This document shows positions 34,112 through 45,500 of a DNA stretch of 64,000 nucleotides, in pieces; the first letter of the stretch is position 1; every line of letters starts with the position of its first letter. The stretch is taken from positions 1-64,000 of the IMG/VR virus record IMGVR_UViG_3300021400_001615; one strand, 5' to 3'. Under the pieces are notes generated by a model. That model ran no database searches, had not been told where the DNA came from, and worked only from the letters and a program-made list of their open reading frames with translations. Source of the DNA: a virus (taxonomy: Duplodnaviria; Caudoviricetes). The position numbers were made by a program, and so were the translations under genes.

Positions 34112-34906
34112 TCAAGATGGTCTTTTAACATTCCATTTATATGCATAATCCTCAAATGGACATTTTCCAATATATTCTATAAATTTAATTATATCTTCTT
34201 TGGCTCCTATTCGAATTGCATATCCAGTATCATCCATTTTTTCTTTATTCATTTTTTGCAATACAGCATTAAAATGTTTTAATTGTGGTAAAATAATATC
34301 TTCTAATTCTTTTTTATTAAAACCATTTGTATATAGCATCAGTCTTTGACTATTACAGTTTTTGTAATTTATTAAAGACCCATCACCCAAATACCAAACC
34401 TTACACATTAATGGTGTTAATTTTAAATCCGTTGGTATATGTTTTATTCCATCAAAATACCATTTATTATATTCTACTGTGAAAGTAGGAGAAGCAATAC
34501 TATTATATTCATATACTTCATAGAATTTATCAGTTCTTTTATCGTATCTTTTTCTATATTTAATATATTCATTAGAAGCATAATTTATAAAATGTTTACA
34601 AACATAATCAACATGCTGAAATGATTTTGACGAATATGAAAAATTAGCATTTACTGCTGGTTTTCTCATATAACCATCGCCCAATAATGCTCCTCTTAAT
34701 ACTTCATACATCTCATCCGTCATCTATATATATGTTTTTGATGTTATATGCCATCCTTGTTGTCTCGGAGAGATTTGATATTCTTTCATCTTCATAGAAA
34801 TCAATTCTTGAGAACATCCTAGTATTTCACCACATTCACGCTATGAATATCCACGATTAATATACAAATCAATAAGTGTTTCTTTTTCAATTTCAATTTT
34901 TCTCAT
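34112..34906 (-). CDS. free-standing HTH + LAGLIDADG homing endonuclease with two in-frame TAGs (34841-34843, 34724-34726)
   Basis: GALLGDGY and VWYLGDGS motifs; upstream in-frame HTH-like segment with RBS and ATG at 34906. Confidence 0.8.
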
Positions 34907-34932
34907 TTTTTCCTCCTTTTATATTCTAATAA

Positions 34933-35664
34933 TTAATTATATTCTTCGATGATAAAATCTGTGTTAATAATGCCAGATGCTTTATATTTTTCCCAATCGC
35001 ATATTTCATCACCGTCAACAACAATAATGTATTTTTTATCAACGAGGAAATCCTTCAGTGTAATTCCCTTATCCTTAATAAAGTTTTTCAACATTCCGGC
35101 ACTCTGGTGATCAATGGTACCGATGTTCGGCATTTCCATATATTCTTCTTCATTGAAAATTGCCGGATGTTCTTTACCATTTTTATCTATATAACAATAT
35201 TCCGCTCTATTATTTTTTCTATCCCAACCACTATAGATCAGATCCTTATGCATAATATCATTTCCATCCTGGTCAAGATAAAGGTCTTCTTCTTTTGTAT
35301 CAATATCAAATCCTTTAAACCCAGGTATCATTTCATAAGCTATGGATTCGAATTCCTTATACCACTTATCCCACTCCGGATCGTCTTCATATAAATAGCC
35401 AAGATATTCACACATGGCATATTTAAGTTTATCTTCGAATGACATTAGTAATCTAAATGGATATCTGCCATAACCCTCATAGATATCACACAACCTCAGC
35501 TTCCCTTTGTTGCTCAAATATACGCAATCCATTCTGTCGCAATCATCATTTGTATTCCAAACCAGCTTATCTGGATCTACTTTCCGTTTATCCTTAGTAA
35601 CAACTATCGAATGAGCAGAACTCGAATTACTTTCCCAGATACCATTTCTAACAACATATTTCAT
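34933..35664 (-). CDS. 'WESNSS' motif protein 3
   Basis: N-terminus KYVVRNGIWESNSSSAHSIVV; IDHQS near the C-terminus. Confidence 0.8.
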   Translation of the reverse strand: MKYVVRNGIWESNSSSAHSIVVTKDKRKVDPDKLVWNTNDDCDRMDCVYLSNKGKLRLCDIYEGYGRYPFRLLMSFEDKLKYAMCEYLGYLYEDDPEWDKWYKEFESIAYEMIPGFKGFDIDTKEEDLYLDQDGNDIMHKDLIYSGWDRKNNRAEYCYIDKNGKEHPAIFNEEEYMEMPNIGTIDHQSAGMLKNFIKDKGITLKDFLVDKKYIIVVDGDEICDWEKYKASGIINTDFIIEEYN

Positions 35665-36237
35665 GCAATCACCCCATGCTTTCGCTTTAATTATTTAATC
35701 TTTGATCTATTGTTTTAATTAGTCTATCTTGGAAATCCGATTCCCTTTTTATGTCGCGTAATGTGCCAACCAAAAACCATCCGCCAACAACAATAACAAA
35801 TAGTACGCCAACCATTATTTCCACCTCTCTGAAATCCAGTTTTTAAAGTACATAACTGAATATATAAGTGTTACTGAAAACAAAATGAATTTAAAGCCGG
35901 CACTATCGGCGATCAGATAGATAACTGATACGAGAATAATCATTGCCAATACGATCATTTCTATTAATTCGTCTTTTCTCTTCCAGAAATTCAAACGGAT
36001 CCCTCCAATTTACATAATCATAGCTGCCACATTCCGGGCATTTAAACAACACATGCCAATTAAACTTTCCATTTGTCCAACCACACCTGGCACATTTACA
36101 GAATCCTATAACCAAAGATTTCATTTGATATACCGCCTTAATTTATTTTTAGATATAATATAAATCAAGTTTTCGCTTATGTCAAGTTTAATTATTTATT
36201 TTTTAAATAGCCGATACTCAATTGTATCGGTAAAACA

Positions 36238-36525
36238 TCATGCCGTTAATTCTATGAGATAGTTTTCGTTTTCTATTATATACATTTCGCTGTCGTCATC
36301 ATATGTAATTAATCCATCCAAGCTAATTTCGAAGATATCATTTCCGCTACATATAACGATTTCATCGGCACCATCTTCGCAATGATCCGGTATCACAGTA
36401 ACGCTTATACCGTTCTTCATTTCGCTACCAAATGAGAAATCCATAATAATTGCCGTACCATTTTCCGCTGCCATAAACACATCTTTGATAAGTTTTTCTC
36501 TCATTATGCAATCTCCTTTTGACAA
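36238..36525 (-). CDS. hypothetical acidic protein, probably SOS-regulated
   Basis: 95-aa ORF downstream of a LexA-box promoter. Confidence 0.6.
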   Translation of the reverse strand: MSKGDCIMREKLIKDVFMAAENGTAIIMDFSFGSEMKNGISVTVIPDHCEDGADEIVICSGNDIFEISLDGLITYDDDSEMYIIENENYLIELTA

Positions 36526-36619
36526 ATAATTGCCGAATTAAGTGATTGCAAATAATCAATGCTATTGTTATAATGCAATTACAGAATTCGACTTTTTGGT
36601 TTGGTTTGAATTTTGTAAT

Positions 36620-36648
36620 CAGGCTAGGTGTTGCTGCGCCTAGCCTTT
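36620..36648. terminator. hairpin AGGCTAGG...CCTAGCCT(TT)
   Basis: 8-bp GC-rich stem followed by a short T run on the plus strand. Confidence 0.5.
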
Positions 36649-36664
36649 ATTCATGCAACGACCA

Positions 36665-36676
36665 GAACATTTGTTC
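36665..36676. promoter_or_regulatory. Firmicutes LexA (Cheo) box
   Basis: GAAC-ATTT-GTTC just downstream of a minus-strand TTGTAA-17-TACAGT promoter. Confidence 0.65.
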
Positions 36677-36744
36677 GACCGTTATTACTGTACCATATTA
36701 ATAACAAAATTACAACAGAAGATATTCACTAGTTATCAACATCA

Positions 36745-37671
36745 TTATTCACATCCATACATATCTCTTATTAATACACCATAAGTATTAAGATAGGTAA
36801 TTGCATTTTGAATTTTGCCATATCTTTTTTCGTGTTTGCTTCTGTGTTTTATTATTGCATCCTCAACCGTAATGGATTTATTATTAGCAATTTCACTTAT
36901 ATACCACATCCTTCCCGATTCGGACAACGCCTTAAATGTAAGTGAAGGCATGCCCAAGTAATCACCGCAAGTATGAAGTCTTTTACCTATGATCACCGTG
37001 TTATTTGCCCTGGTACAATTTCTTTTTATATTTCTAATAACACGATCACCATCAGTATATTCGTATTCATATGCCTTTTGATTTGCTGTTAAAGAATACC
37101 GGCTCGTTTCCTCAACAGCAACATTTATAATATGTTTCAGATCGTTAGAAATTATAATGCTGCTACCGTTGCACAATATCAATCTGTTTCCGTCTTGTAT
37201 GTCACTTAATTTTACATTGTACATACAGTTATCTTTAATTGGTATTCCCTCGAATGCCCCAAGCATTAAAAACCTGTCAGCATAATTTGGGATTTCGCTT
37301 ATAGAAGACATTAATTCCTCTTTTGTAAATAAGTTCTTGCGCAGCGCATTTAAATTTACGCACTTACATAGCATTAAGGAATTGATTTCTTCGTAATGGT
37401 TTTGGTTGTCAGATACCATTCCGTTAGAAATACACCAGTTTGTGTACATGGATAAATAATTATGGATTATTATCAGAGTCTGTATGTTTGGTGTACTGTA
37501 ATACTTATAGAAGGTTATTATCTCGTCAGAATTCCATTCGCATAGATCTCGCCCATAATCTTTTTCAAACGGTTCGGCCAATGTAAACATATCATTTATG
37601 TTGTTTGATATTGTGGCTCTTTCCATTTTCTCTTTCAAAAACTGAGCTTTCCGTTCTCTATTAAACATCAT
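36745..37671 (-). CDS. MrpR/YopR-like phage repressor (degenerate tyrosine-recombinase fold)
   Basis: FNRERKAQFL N-terminus, AFEGI and LSESGR; synteny with integrase-like and DGQHR-like genes as in SPbeta. Confidence 0.65.
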   Translation of the reverse strand: MMFNRERKAQFLKEKMERATISNNINDMFTLAEPFEKDYGRDLCEWNSDEIITFYKYYSTPNIQTLIIIHNYLSMYTNWCISNGMVSDNQNHYEEINSLMLCKCVNLNALRKNLFTKEELMSSISEIPNYADRFLMLGAFEGIPIKDNCMYNVKLSDIQDGNRLILCNGSSIIISNDLKHIINVAVEETSRYSLTANQKAYEYEYTDGDRVIRNIKRNCTRANNTVIIGKRLHTCGDYLGMPSLTFKALSESGRMWYISEIANNKSITVEDAIIKHRSKHEKRYGKIQNAITYLNTYGVLIRDMYGCE

Positions 37672-38912
37672 CCCACCTCCTTTATCTTATTCATTATTAC
37701 ATTTACGCCCTTCTTGCGTATCATGCCGGAACTCTGCACCCTCAACAAGCTTGACTCTTCTTTTGAAAGATTGTTGAATATATTAATAATAGTATTACAA
37801 TACTTTTCTCTTGGAATATCAGAAGCAAACGTGCATATTGTTATAAACAATAATTCTTCGCTGTATTTGCCAAGGAACAATTCATTCTGCTCTGTAATTA
37901 AATTAAAATCACCAACGAGCTTATTTTTAATTTTGATTACATGGGCCATTTCCTCTTCTTTCTTCACTTTACGATCAACAAAGAAATAAGAAATCAGTTT
38001 ACCCAATACTGCATCATTAATCTTGGCATCGTTTCTTCCAATCATGCCCTGGATATTACACCCGGGATCATTATTGATTCTTTGTATAATTTTGTTTGGG
38101 ATAGAGTTTGTATTATACGAATCCGAAACAACTTTTTTCATTGGCGTTTTTTGATCTTGCTGGAATATAAAACTGTTTGCCTTTGAATTGCTGAAATTAA
38201 CCACTCTCAGTTCCATTGGGTAATCGAACTGTGGATCAAAATCATATATTTGAGACATTGCTATATATCTGTGATAACCATCATCCAGGTTAAACATATT
38301 TTTAGGAAGTGAAGTAATAGTAAGAATGTTATTGTCGAAATAGAATTCGGAACCGTCGGGCATATTCAGTGTAATTGGATCTGGAATATATGTTCCGTTT
38401 TCCATTGCATTTTTAATTTCTTTTACATTTTTCTTGCTTATGAATGGCTTGTAGATTTCAATATCACCGGATTTCATTTTCCGAAATGCTCTCTGTTCGC
38501 CTTCTTCATAGTTGATCAATCTAGCTTTCTTGAATTTCATTAATTCCTTTACGGATGTTTTGCCTATCCATTGATCAGAAGAGATTTGCACCATATCCTT
38601 TAATACTATCGGAAAATCAATCTTTTCTTCTACAAACTTTTCGTTTGATAAATATTCGATTTCGCTATCAGTAAAGTACTTTTTTAAACATTTTGGATCT
38701 ATACAATAGACAACACAGAATACTTCAAATGTAGTAAATTCGCTTACGTCCTTTTTAAAAGATATCATTTCCTCGGCAACATTAATAGGAAGATTAAACT
38801 TCTTATACACACTATCATAGACCGATCTACAATCAGAGCGTTTTGTCATCCTCTTGAATAATGTTTCCGCATAGGAATTAAGCTGCTCTCTGCTTTTTTC
38901 ACCGTATAACAT
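37668..38912 (-). CDS. DGQHR / DndB / ParB-like domain protein (YopQ-like)
   Basis: PDPITLN...LDDGYHR motif. Confidence 0.7.
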   Translation of the reverse strand: MLYGEKSREQLNSYAETLFKRMTKRSDCRSVYDSVYKKFNLPINVAEEMISFKKDVSEFTTFEVFCVVYCIDPKCLKKYFTDSEIEYLSNEKFVEEKIDFPIVLKDMVQISSDQWIGKTSVKELMKFKKARLINYEEGEQRAFRKMKSGDIEIYKPFISKKNVKEIKNAMENGTYIPDPITLNMPDGSEFYFDNNILTITSLPKNMFNLDDGYHRYIAMSQIYDFDPQFDYPMELRVVNFSNSKANSFIFQQDQKTPMKKVVSDSYNTNSIPNKIIQRINNDPGCNIQGMIGRNDAKINDAVLGKLISYFFVDRKVKKEEEMAHVIKIKNKLVGDFNLITEQNELFLGKYSEELLFITICTFASDIPREKYCNTIINIFNNLSKEESSLLRVQSSGMIRKKGVNVIMNKIKEVG

Positions 38913-38972
38913 AGCTATTAAACCTCCTTTCCTTTAATTTAGCACATAAAACTTTATATTGCAAATAATACA

Positions 38973-39953
38973 TCAGATAATCATCTTACCGATAATATCC
39001 GCAGCCTTTTTAGATGCCTTTTCTTTTTGACCTCTAATATATAACCCAGTAGTTTTCGGGTCTGCGTGACCGGCACATTCCTGAGCCAAATAAAGATCCC
39101 CGGTGTCCTCGTACAAGTTTGTAATAAATGTTCCACGCATTTTATGCGGCGTAATGTTTTTTTCTTTAATTACGACTCCGTAAGATTTAACAATGTTATA
39201 AATAGTTCGCGTTGTCATTCTCCTTTTTCTATCCGAAACAAACAATGCAGTCTCGTTGTCACCGACTATTTCTTTTCTTACAGACAGCCAGTCTTTAATG
39301 TAATTCAATGTTTGCTCTGATACATACACCGACCTGGAAAGATCTCCCTTTTCCAAAACGGTTATTGAACGAGATTTCATATTAATGTTATTAATATCAA
39401 GCTTATATAAGGCTGAACATCTTATTCCAGTATTTAAAAATATTGTTATAATGGCGAGATCTCTTATTTTCCACTTGTTCTCTTTATTACTTGATTTGAC
39501 ATTATTAATAAACGTAACGATCTCATCTTTTGTCATGTAACCCTTTTCTCGCTTATCTCTCGTGGTCTGCCTTTCTTTAAATTTTGGTCTCTTAACCGAT
39601 TGCATATAATCTTCATTACAAACTCCATCTGCCTTTAAAAACGACGAGAATTTTTTAAGGGCAGAATACACATCTATTCTATACGACGAAGATTTCTGTT
39701 TTAAAGTTGACATATATTTTGTATAATTGCCAAGTTTAATTTTTGAAATATCGTCAAGCTGAACATTGTTTAAAAAATTGATAACACATCCGAGATAATT
39801 ATAAGACGCAGAATAAGACGTATCAGATAACATGAAATAATAAAAATCTTCAAGGTATGGCTTGTCATTATTATCAGCAATTCTCTTCTTGGCCGATTTT
39901 TCAAAATCGTTATTATAAACTTCAATACCTGTCATTGTAACACCTCCGTTCAT
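38973..39953 (-). CDS. tyrosine recombinase / integrase (YopP-like)
   Basis: TGIRCSAL, EKG, TPHKMRGT and GHADPKTTGLY catalytic residues. Confidence 0.9.
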   Translation of the reverse strand: MNGGVTMTGIEVYNNDFEKSAKKRIADNNDKPYLEDFYYFMLSDTSYSASYNYLGCVINFLNNVQLDDISKIKLGNYTKYMSTLKQKSSSYRIDVYSALKKFSSFLKADGVCNEDYMQSVKRPKFKERQTTRDKREKGYMTKDEIVTFINNVKSSNKENKWKIRDLAIITIFLNTGIRCSALYKLDINNINMKSRSITVLEKGDLSRSVYVSEQTLNYIKDWLSVRKEIVGDNETALFVSDRKRRMTTRTIYNIVKSYGVVIKEKNITPHKMRGTFITNLYEDTGDLYLAQECAGHADPKTTGLYIRGQKEKASKKAADIIGKMII

Positions 39954-40995
39954 TATATTCCTCTTATATTTTCTATGATCTCATCAAGGCTGTCAATTGC
40001 ATCCTGTAACATATCTATCGCTTCTTCTGATTGTTCTGCCATTTCTGAGGCTAAAAGGTTTTCTGGTATATTATCATAATAATCTTGTTCTTCGAATAAT
40101 ATGTCTTCGATTTTTGATTTAATTTCTTCCGTTAAAACTGTGACATCCGATATGGCTTTTCTTCTCTGCTTATTCATAATAATCCTCCATGGTATTAAGG
40201 CATATAATGTTTAGCTTCCTCGTCTGTTAAATATCTGCCATCTGTTATTGAAAGAAATGGACTTATTTTACTTTCCATATTATAATATGCAAGATGATGT
40301 TTTCCGTTTATCCACATTAATTTGAATGGCTTTCCCGTTTCATTTTCAACCGGAAGCTTACATATTTTGCCATACATTTTCCACTGTGGAAAGTATTCGT
40401 AATGAAAATATTTGTCGTTATTTTTTAATTCAAGATTATCTTTTTTAGTTTTATCGGCAGTGATATTCTCATATACGCGACCAGTTTTTACACCCTGAAT
40501 TTTCAACATACCGCAATCATTGGCCATGATACATATCTCATCAGTTAATGTTGATCGCATCTTGCCATTTGCGTCATAATAATAGTTCTTGCATTCTGAC
40601 TGTGCAGCCTGTTTGCTTTCCATTGTTGTATTACTTTTCTTGATTTCATCAACACCAACAACACCACCTAACAAAAGTGTAATCAAAGTGCCAAACAAGT
40701 GAGCTTTCCTCCTTTACATGTAAATGACTTCGCCGTTCTCTTTTACAAAGTGATCTCGTTTACTTATTTCCTCAAATTTCCGGTCTGCCTTGCAATATGG
40801 ACACCAGATATCTTTTATGTGTCCCCTCTCCCTGTGGCTCCCATGATTTCTCATGATCGGAAAAGTACCACCGCATTCGGGGCAAATCAACATTGATAAA
40901 TCCATGAACCGCTGCTTCCTCATTATATCACACCTCCGTCTTGTTTAATATACGTATCATAGAATTCATTATTTGTCAAGTACTTAATTATTTAT

Positions 40996-41304
40996 TTATG
41001 ATAATTTCCATGTTATTTCTTCCCACCCAAAACTGTCACAATAATACCAATACCAATAATCTTTACCATCATCCTTTAAGGCAATAACATCTGAAACAGA
41101 AAGCGAATGTCCACGGAAATCATTCGGATGATTAATATTGAATTCTTCCCAGAGATTAGCGAGAATGTATTTCTTTTCTCTTTCGCCGGAATACACTTCT
41201 TTATAATCGTCAATCGAGAATCCATACTTCTCAGCCTCATCCCACCCTCTGAATGCGTAAGCAGTTTTTCTTATGTCTTTCAGCTGATAAATTTTGAATT
41301 TCAT
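40996..41304 (-). CDS. YodL-like domain protein
   Basis: FNINHPNDFRGHSLSVSDVI...YCDSFGW. Confidence 0.8.
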   Translation of the reverse strand: MKFKIYQLKDIRKTAYAFRGWDEAEKYGFSIDDYKEVYSGEREKKYILANLWEEFNINHPNDFRGHSLSVSDVIALKDDGKDYWYWYYCDSFGWEEITWKLS

Positions 41305-41320
41305 CGTATCTCCTCCTTAA

Positions 41321-41839
41321 TTATTTAATTCTCTCAAGATCTCCGTGACATATACTACAACGCCAATTATCGGGATGTTTAACCACTTGACACATCCTGA
41401 ACTTGCCAGTCTCCACGCCGCATTTTTTGCAGCGAAGAATGTACTTGGGAACAACATAATCCGCTGCAACAGAATTGCTTACTCCTTTGTCTTCCCTACT
41501 ATCAATTCTTTTAATATTATACCCAAGTTCTCTTTTTACCTTTTCAGCCCGAAGCTGCCATCCATTGCCATGGTTAAAACAACCTGGACAAGTATGAAGG
41601 ATCTCATGGATTATAGTATTCTGCAATGCTTCAAGTGGGACCCTTTCATCCAGAAGAACCTCGGATATATTAATAGAATAGGTAGTGGGAATAGCATACC
41701 CCCTTCTCTCAATGTGGCACTGACCCCAGCGCCGTTTCGCTCTGGTATTCACCGTAACCTTAATAATTTTTCCATAGTCAATACCAATTTCATCCATCAT
41801 AACAATACAATTCTGAAAAACTTTCTGAAGATCTCTCAT
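41321..41839 (-). CDS. SprT-like zinc metalloprotease
   Basis: HEILH...HG and C-terminal Zn ribbon. Confidence 0.85.
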   Translation of the reverse strand: MRDLQKVFQNCIVMMDEIGIDYGKIIKVTVNTRAKRRWGQCHIERRGYAIPTTYSINISEVLLDERVPLEALQNTIIHEILHTCPGCFNHGNGWQLRAEKVKRELGYNIKRIDSREDKGVSNSVAADYVVPKYILRCKKCGVETGKFRMCQVVKHPDNWRCSICHGDLERIK

Positions 41840-42038
41840 TTAATCAACCCCCTTATTTAGATTTAAATGCCAGTGACATCAATTTCTTATGCGCTCTCTC
41901 ATACAACACTTCTTCGCTTTCGTTGCCAATCATGCTATCATTAACACTTCTGATAATAATCTGCGGATCAACAAGAAAATCTCTAGCCAGGGAACTAATT
42001 TCCTTTTTCCATTTAACGCTCTTCTTTCTTGTACTCAT

Positions 42039-42224
42039 TTAATTATCCCCCTTAATTTCATCAAGTTCATAATCATGCAACTCTTTGTTTGTAAGTTTCC
42101 TTGAATAAACAATAACATCATAATACTTGCCAGTCATATCATCTTCTCTTCTAACGAGTCCGTTCTTTGGCTGGCATCCTGGCGAAAATCCCCGGAGACG
42201 CATTCCATATTTGTATTCATTCAT
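42039..42224 (-). CDS. DarA C-terminal-like small protein (possible anti-restriction)
   Basis: YGMRLRGFSPGCQP...Y.RKLT..E..DYEL. Confidence 0.6.
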   Translation of the reverse strand: MNEYKYGMRLRGFSPGCQPKNGLVRREDDMTGKYYDVIVYSRKLTNKELHDYELDEIKGDN

Positions 42225-42239
42225 ACGTTTTCCTCCTTA

Positions 42240-42596
42240 TCAGATATTTCTAATCACAATTCCATTTGCATCTACTTCAACCGGTTCGCATCGTTCGGGG
42301 TTTCTTAATATATAACCCCACTTAACGAAACCCCTCATATCATATTTACTATATGGTCTGACTCGATGGCGCAGATAATCAAAAGTAAACTGCGTGTATG
42401 TACTATACATAATCTCCGCTACTATATCTACATAGCCAACGAGTTTTGCCTTTCCACAACCAGTACGAATAATTCCGACTCTCTGACCAACAAGCGATCT
42501 AAGTGTTGGCTTTTCTCTTGTTTCCACGGTTTTCATTCCATCAAGAATCAAATTCGTAAATGGTGTTTCATTGTCATTAATATTAATTGCTTTCAT
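42240..42596 (-). CDS. ASCH domain protein
   Basis: LILDGMKTVETR motif. Confidence 0.75.
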   Translation of the reverse strand: MKAININDNETPFTNLILDGMKTVETREKPTLRSLVGQRVGIIRTGCGKAKLVGYVDIVAEIMYSTYTQFTFDYLRHRVRPYSKYDMRGFVKWGYILRNPERCEPVEVDANGIVIRNI

Positions 42597-45500
42597 TCAA
42601 ACTTCTCCCAGTAATCATCTTTCATACGGTTTCTGATCTTAGCCTTTGCAGCCTTTTCCGTTTTGCAACCGGCTACCGAAAAATCACAAGTTCCAATGAT
42701 TTGTTTATTGCCTCTCCACAGACCATAACCCTCATCATCTGTGTGATAGTTTTTCCATTTTGTATATCTATAGGTCACATTTACCGGTGTCTTTTCTTTT
42801 GTGAAGAAATTCTCATAATACGTCAAGTATTTTTCTCCGTATTTCATTTGCGCTCTCCTCTCATAAAGCTTCTTTTATTAGTTACTAAATGCTATTGTCG
42901 CACCATAAGTTCCAAGACAATCCGTTCTTTTGAAAATTTCACTTAATAACGCAAAGTCAACATCTTCAACTGTATATGTAGTAAGATCATGAATATCTTC
43001 TTCAATCTCTTCATCATAATCACCAAGCTGAAGATTTGCTTCTACTGCTTTACGAATTGCTTCTAAATTCGTGTCAGCCTCAACAAGAAACTGTGTGAGA
43101 TCGTCTTCCCATGTTACTAATTTAAGTGTCATCATATCACTTCCTCTCATAAAGCTTGATTTTTATTTGTTGACCACTGACCATGTATTCCCGCCGTGAT
43201 CCATGTACAAGCATCTTCCAGATTCCGTTTTGTTAATCACTGCATCAGGATCTTTATGACTGAGATCAAGCGTGTACTTCAGTTTCATCATTGCTTCATA
43301 AGCAGTTTTTGCTCCAAATCCCCAAGTTGCTCCCGTGTCAAGGTTTGTTACATAAATCATATTTTTATCTCCCTTCATCAAACGTGATTCTTATTCTTCA
43401 ATTTCAAGGACAATTTGTGGATATTCTCTGCCGTATCTTCTTACTGTATCAATAAAAATTGTTTCAACTCGCCGATTCCCATATTTCTCTACCAGCTCAT
43501 CTTCAGTTTCTGTTATCACGTCATCTTTCGCCGTATCGAATACAACAACTATGTCTGCATTTTCTGAAGTGTAATACTGTACTTTCCATTCTTCATCAAT
43601 ACCAATATTTTCAAGAAATTCTTTAAGCATCATAGACGACATCTCCCTTCACAAAACGTGTATTTTATTCATCTTCATCTGTTTCTTCAACATCGACCTC
43701 ATCATAATGAGTATCAGCGACTGGGTATCTAGCGTCTCGGCAAAAAAGTTTATAAGCTTTATCTTCCGCTTCGTTCTCGTCTTCTGCGTTTACACAATAT
43801 TCCATATACTTTGTAAATGTAACAATATAATTTGCCATTTGTTCTCCCTTCATCAAGCGTGATTTTCATTTAATCCCATTTCTAATTATATTCAATATTT
43901 CTTTTCTATATCTTTCATAATACATATCCAGATAATATTCCATTTCTTCATCATTTTTAACTAACTCAGTCAGCTTGTACATTTTGTCATGGTTTATAAA
44001 ATGACATGAACTTACATACCATTCATTATCATCAACATTGAATCCATAACAAAATTCCATGAATATATCTTCTTTTGGTATTCTGAAATAATCATTTACA
44101 GATACACAACCACCCATATCCAGTTCCGCAATAACATCAATTTTAGTGAGCAATTCAGATTCCGTCTTGATGTTGAATAACTCAATACCAAGTGATTCTA
44201 AATGTGAATCACAATGATGATATCCATATTTAACCATCCCATCTTTAATAATTCCCACATAAGATCTTGTTGACATATAATCCTCTCCCTTCATCAAACG
44301 TGTCTTTTATCAAAAGTCTCTCAGCTGATACTTGTCTTTCACGATATATTCCTCAATATTAATATCAACAATTGATTTAACTCTTGCTTTCTTAATTGCC
44401 TGTTCAACTGTTTCCGCTTTTATCTTTTTTGTTTTATATGTGTTACCAACAACGTAATCAATAATGTATGTTTTCATGTCATCATCTCCTTTCATAAGGT
44501 TAACTTATTGCTTCAGCTTTTAACTTACAATCAATCAACGTGTTCTCGTGATATAAACCTCTATAGTAATCATCAACATTCCTATCATGCAGTCGCCAAT
44601 GATCACCATAAACCCTGTCCCATGTTTTTAATATATAAAATCTGCCATCTTCGCTTTCATATTCGCCGGGTTCTATCCGTTTCCATTTGATCATTTAATC
44701 ATCTCCTTTTCCCACAACTTTGGCCAATTCTCATACAGGTCAGAATCTACTCTATGCCTATCATCTGCATAAGCCCAAAGGCTTGCAACTGTTCTGCCAG
44801 TTTCCTTTTCCCATCCTTCCGTATACCAGCCACTATATATAAAATCACCATATTTCTCAATAACCTCTTCAATGTTCATATACGGGAGTCTGACCTGTGT
44901 TCTGCATGTAGTTCCTTTTTCTTTCCATACATCAAAAATCAACATTACTTTATATTTATTACTGCCAGAAAATTTTTCTTTGAGACTTTCCATTGCATCG
45001 TCTCCCTTCATAAAAGCTGTTTTTCATCTGTTCGGGACATATCCGTTTCGTCTGCATTCTGCTTCACACTCTTTTCTTGTTTTCCCGCTTGCTACATAAT
45101 TGTCCCAACAATCTTTTGCGATCCATCTGTAGGTGTACTCAAGTCCGAAATAACCGGTTCTGTACTTCTCAAGGTATGCTCTCGGTTTCCGTCTTTTCAT
45201 GTTATCACCTCCTTGCTCCATCAAGAATTTCAGTTACCTTACGCTGGCATTCCTGATAAGTTCCAGTGAATGTGTATCCATTAGTGCATCTAAGTGTATA
45301 CGTTCCGTCTTTGTTGGGTTCAATTACCATGTTTTATCTCCCTTCTTTAAAACTCATCCATATGTATCTCATCAATACATACCGGATCATCACCATCATC
45401 AATGACCGCAATGTATGCCTCTGGATCACCAAGATTCAAAGCCATTTTCTTTGCCTTATCCAGATCGTGGCTGCCGTAACCCCAATCATTGTCATCCCTG

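Noticed and set aside
34088-34932. Group I intron or intein around the LAGLIDADG gene
   Set aside because: Flanking genes are each complete with their own starts and stops, and the intergenic gaps are too short for an intron core.
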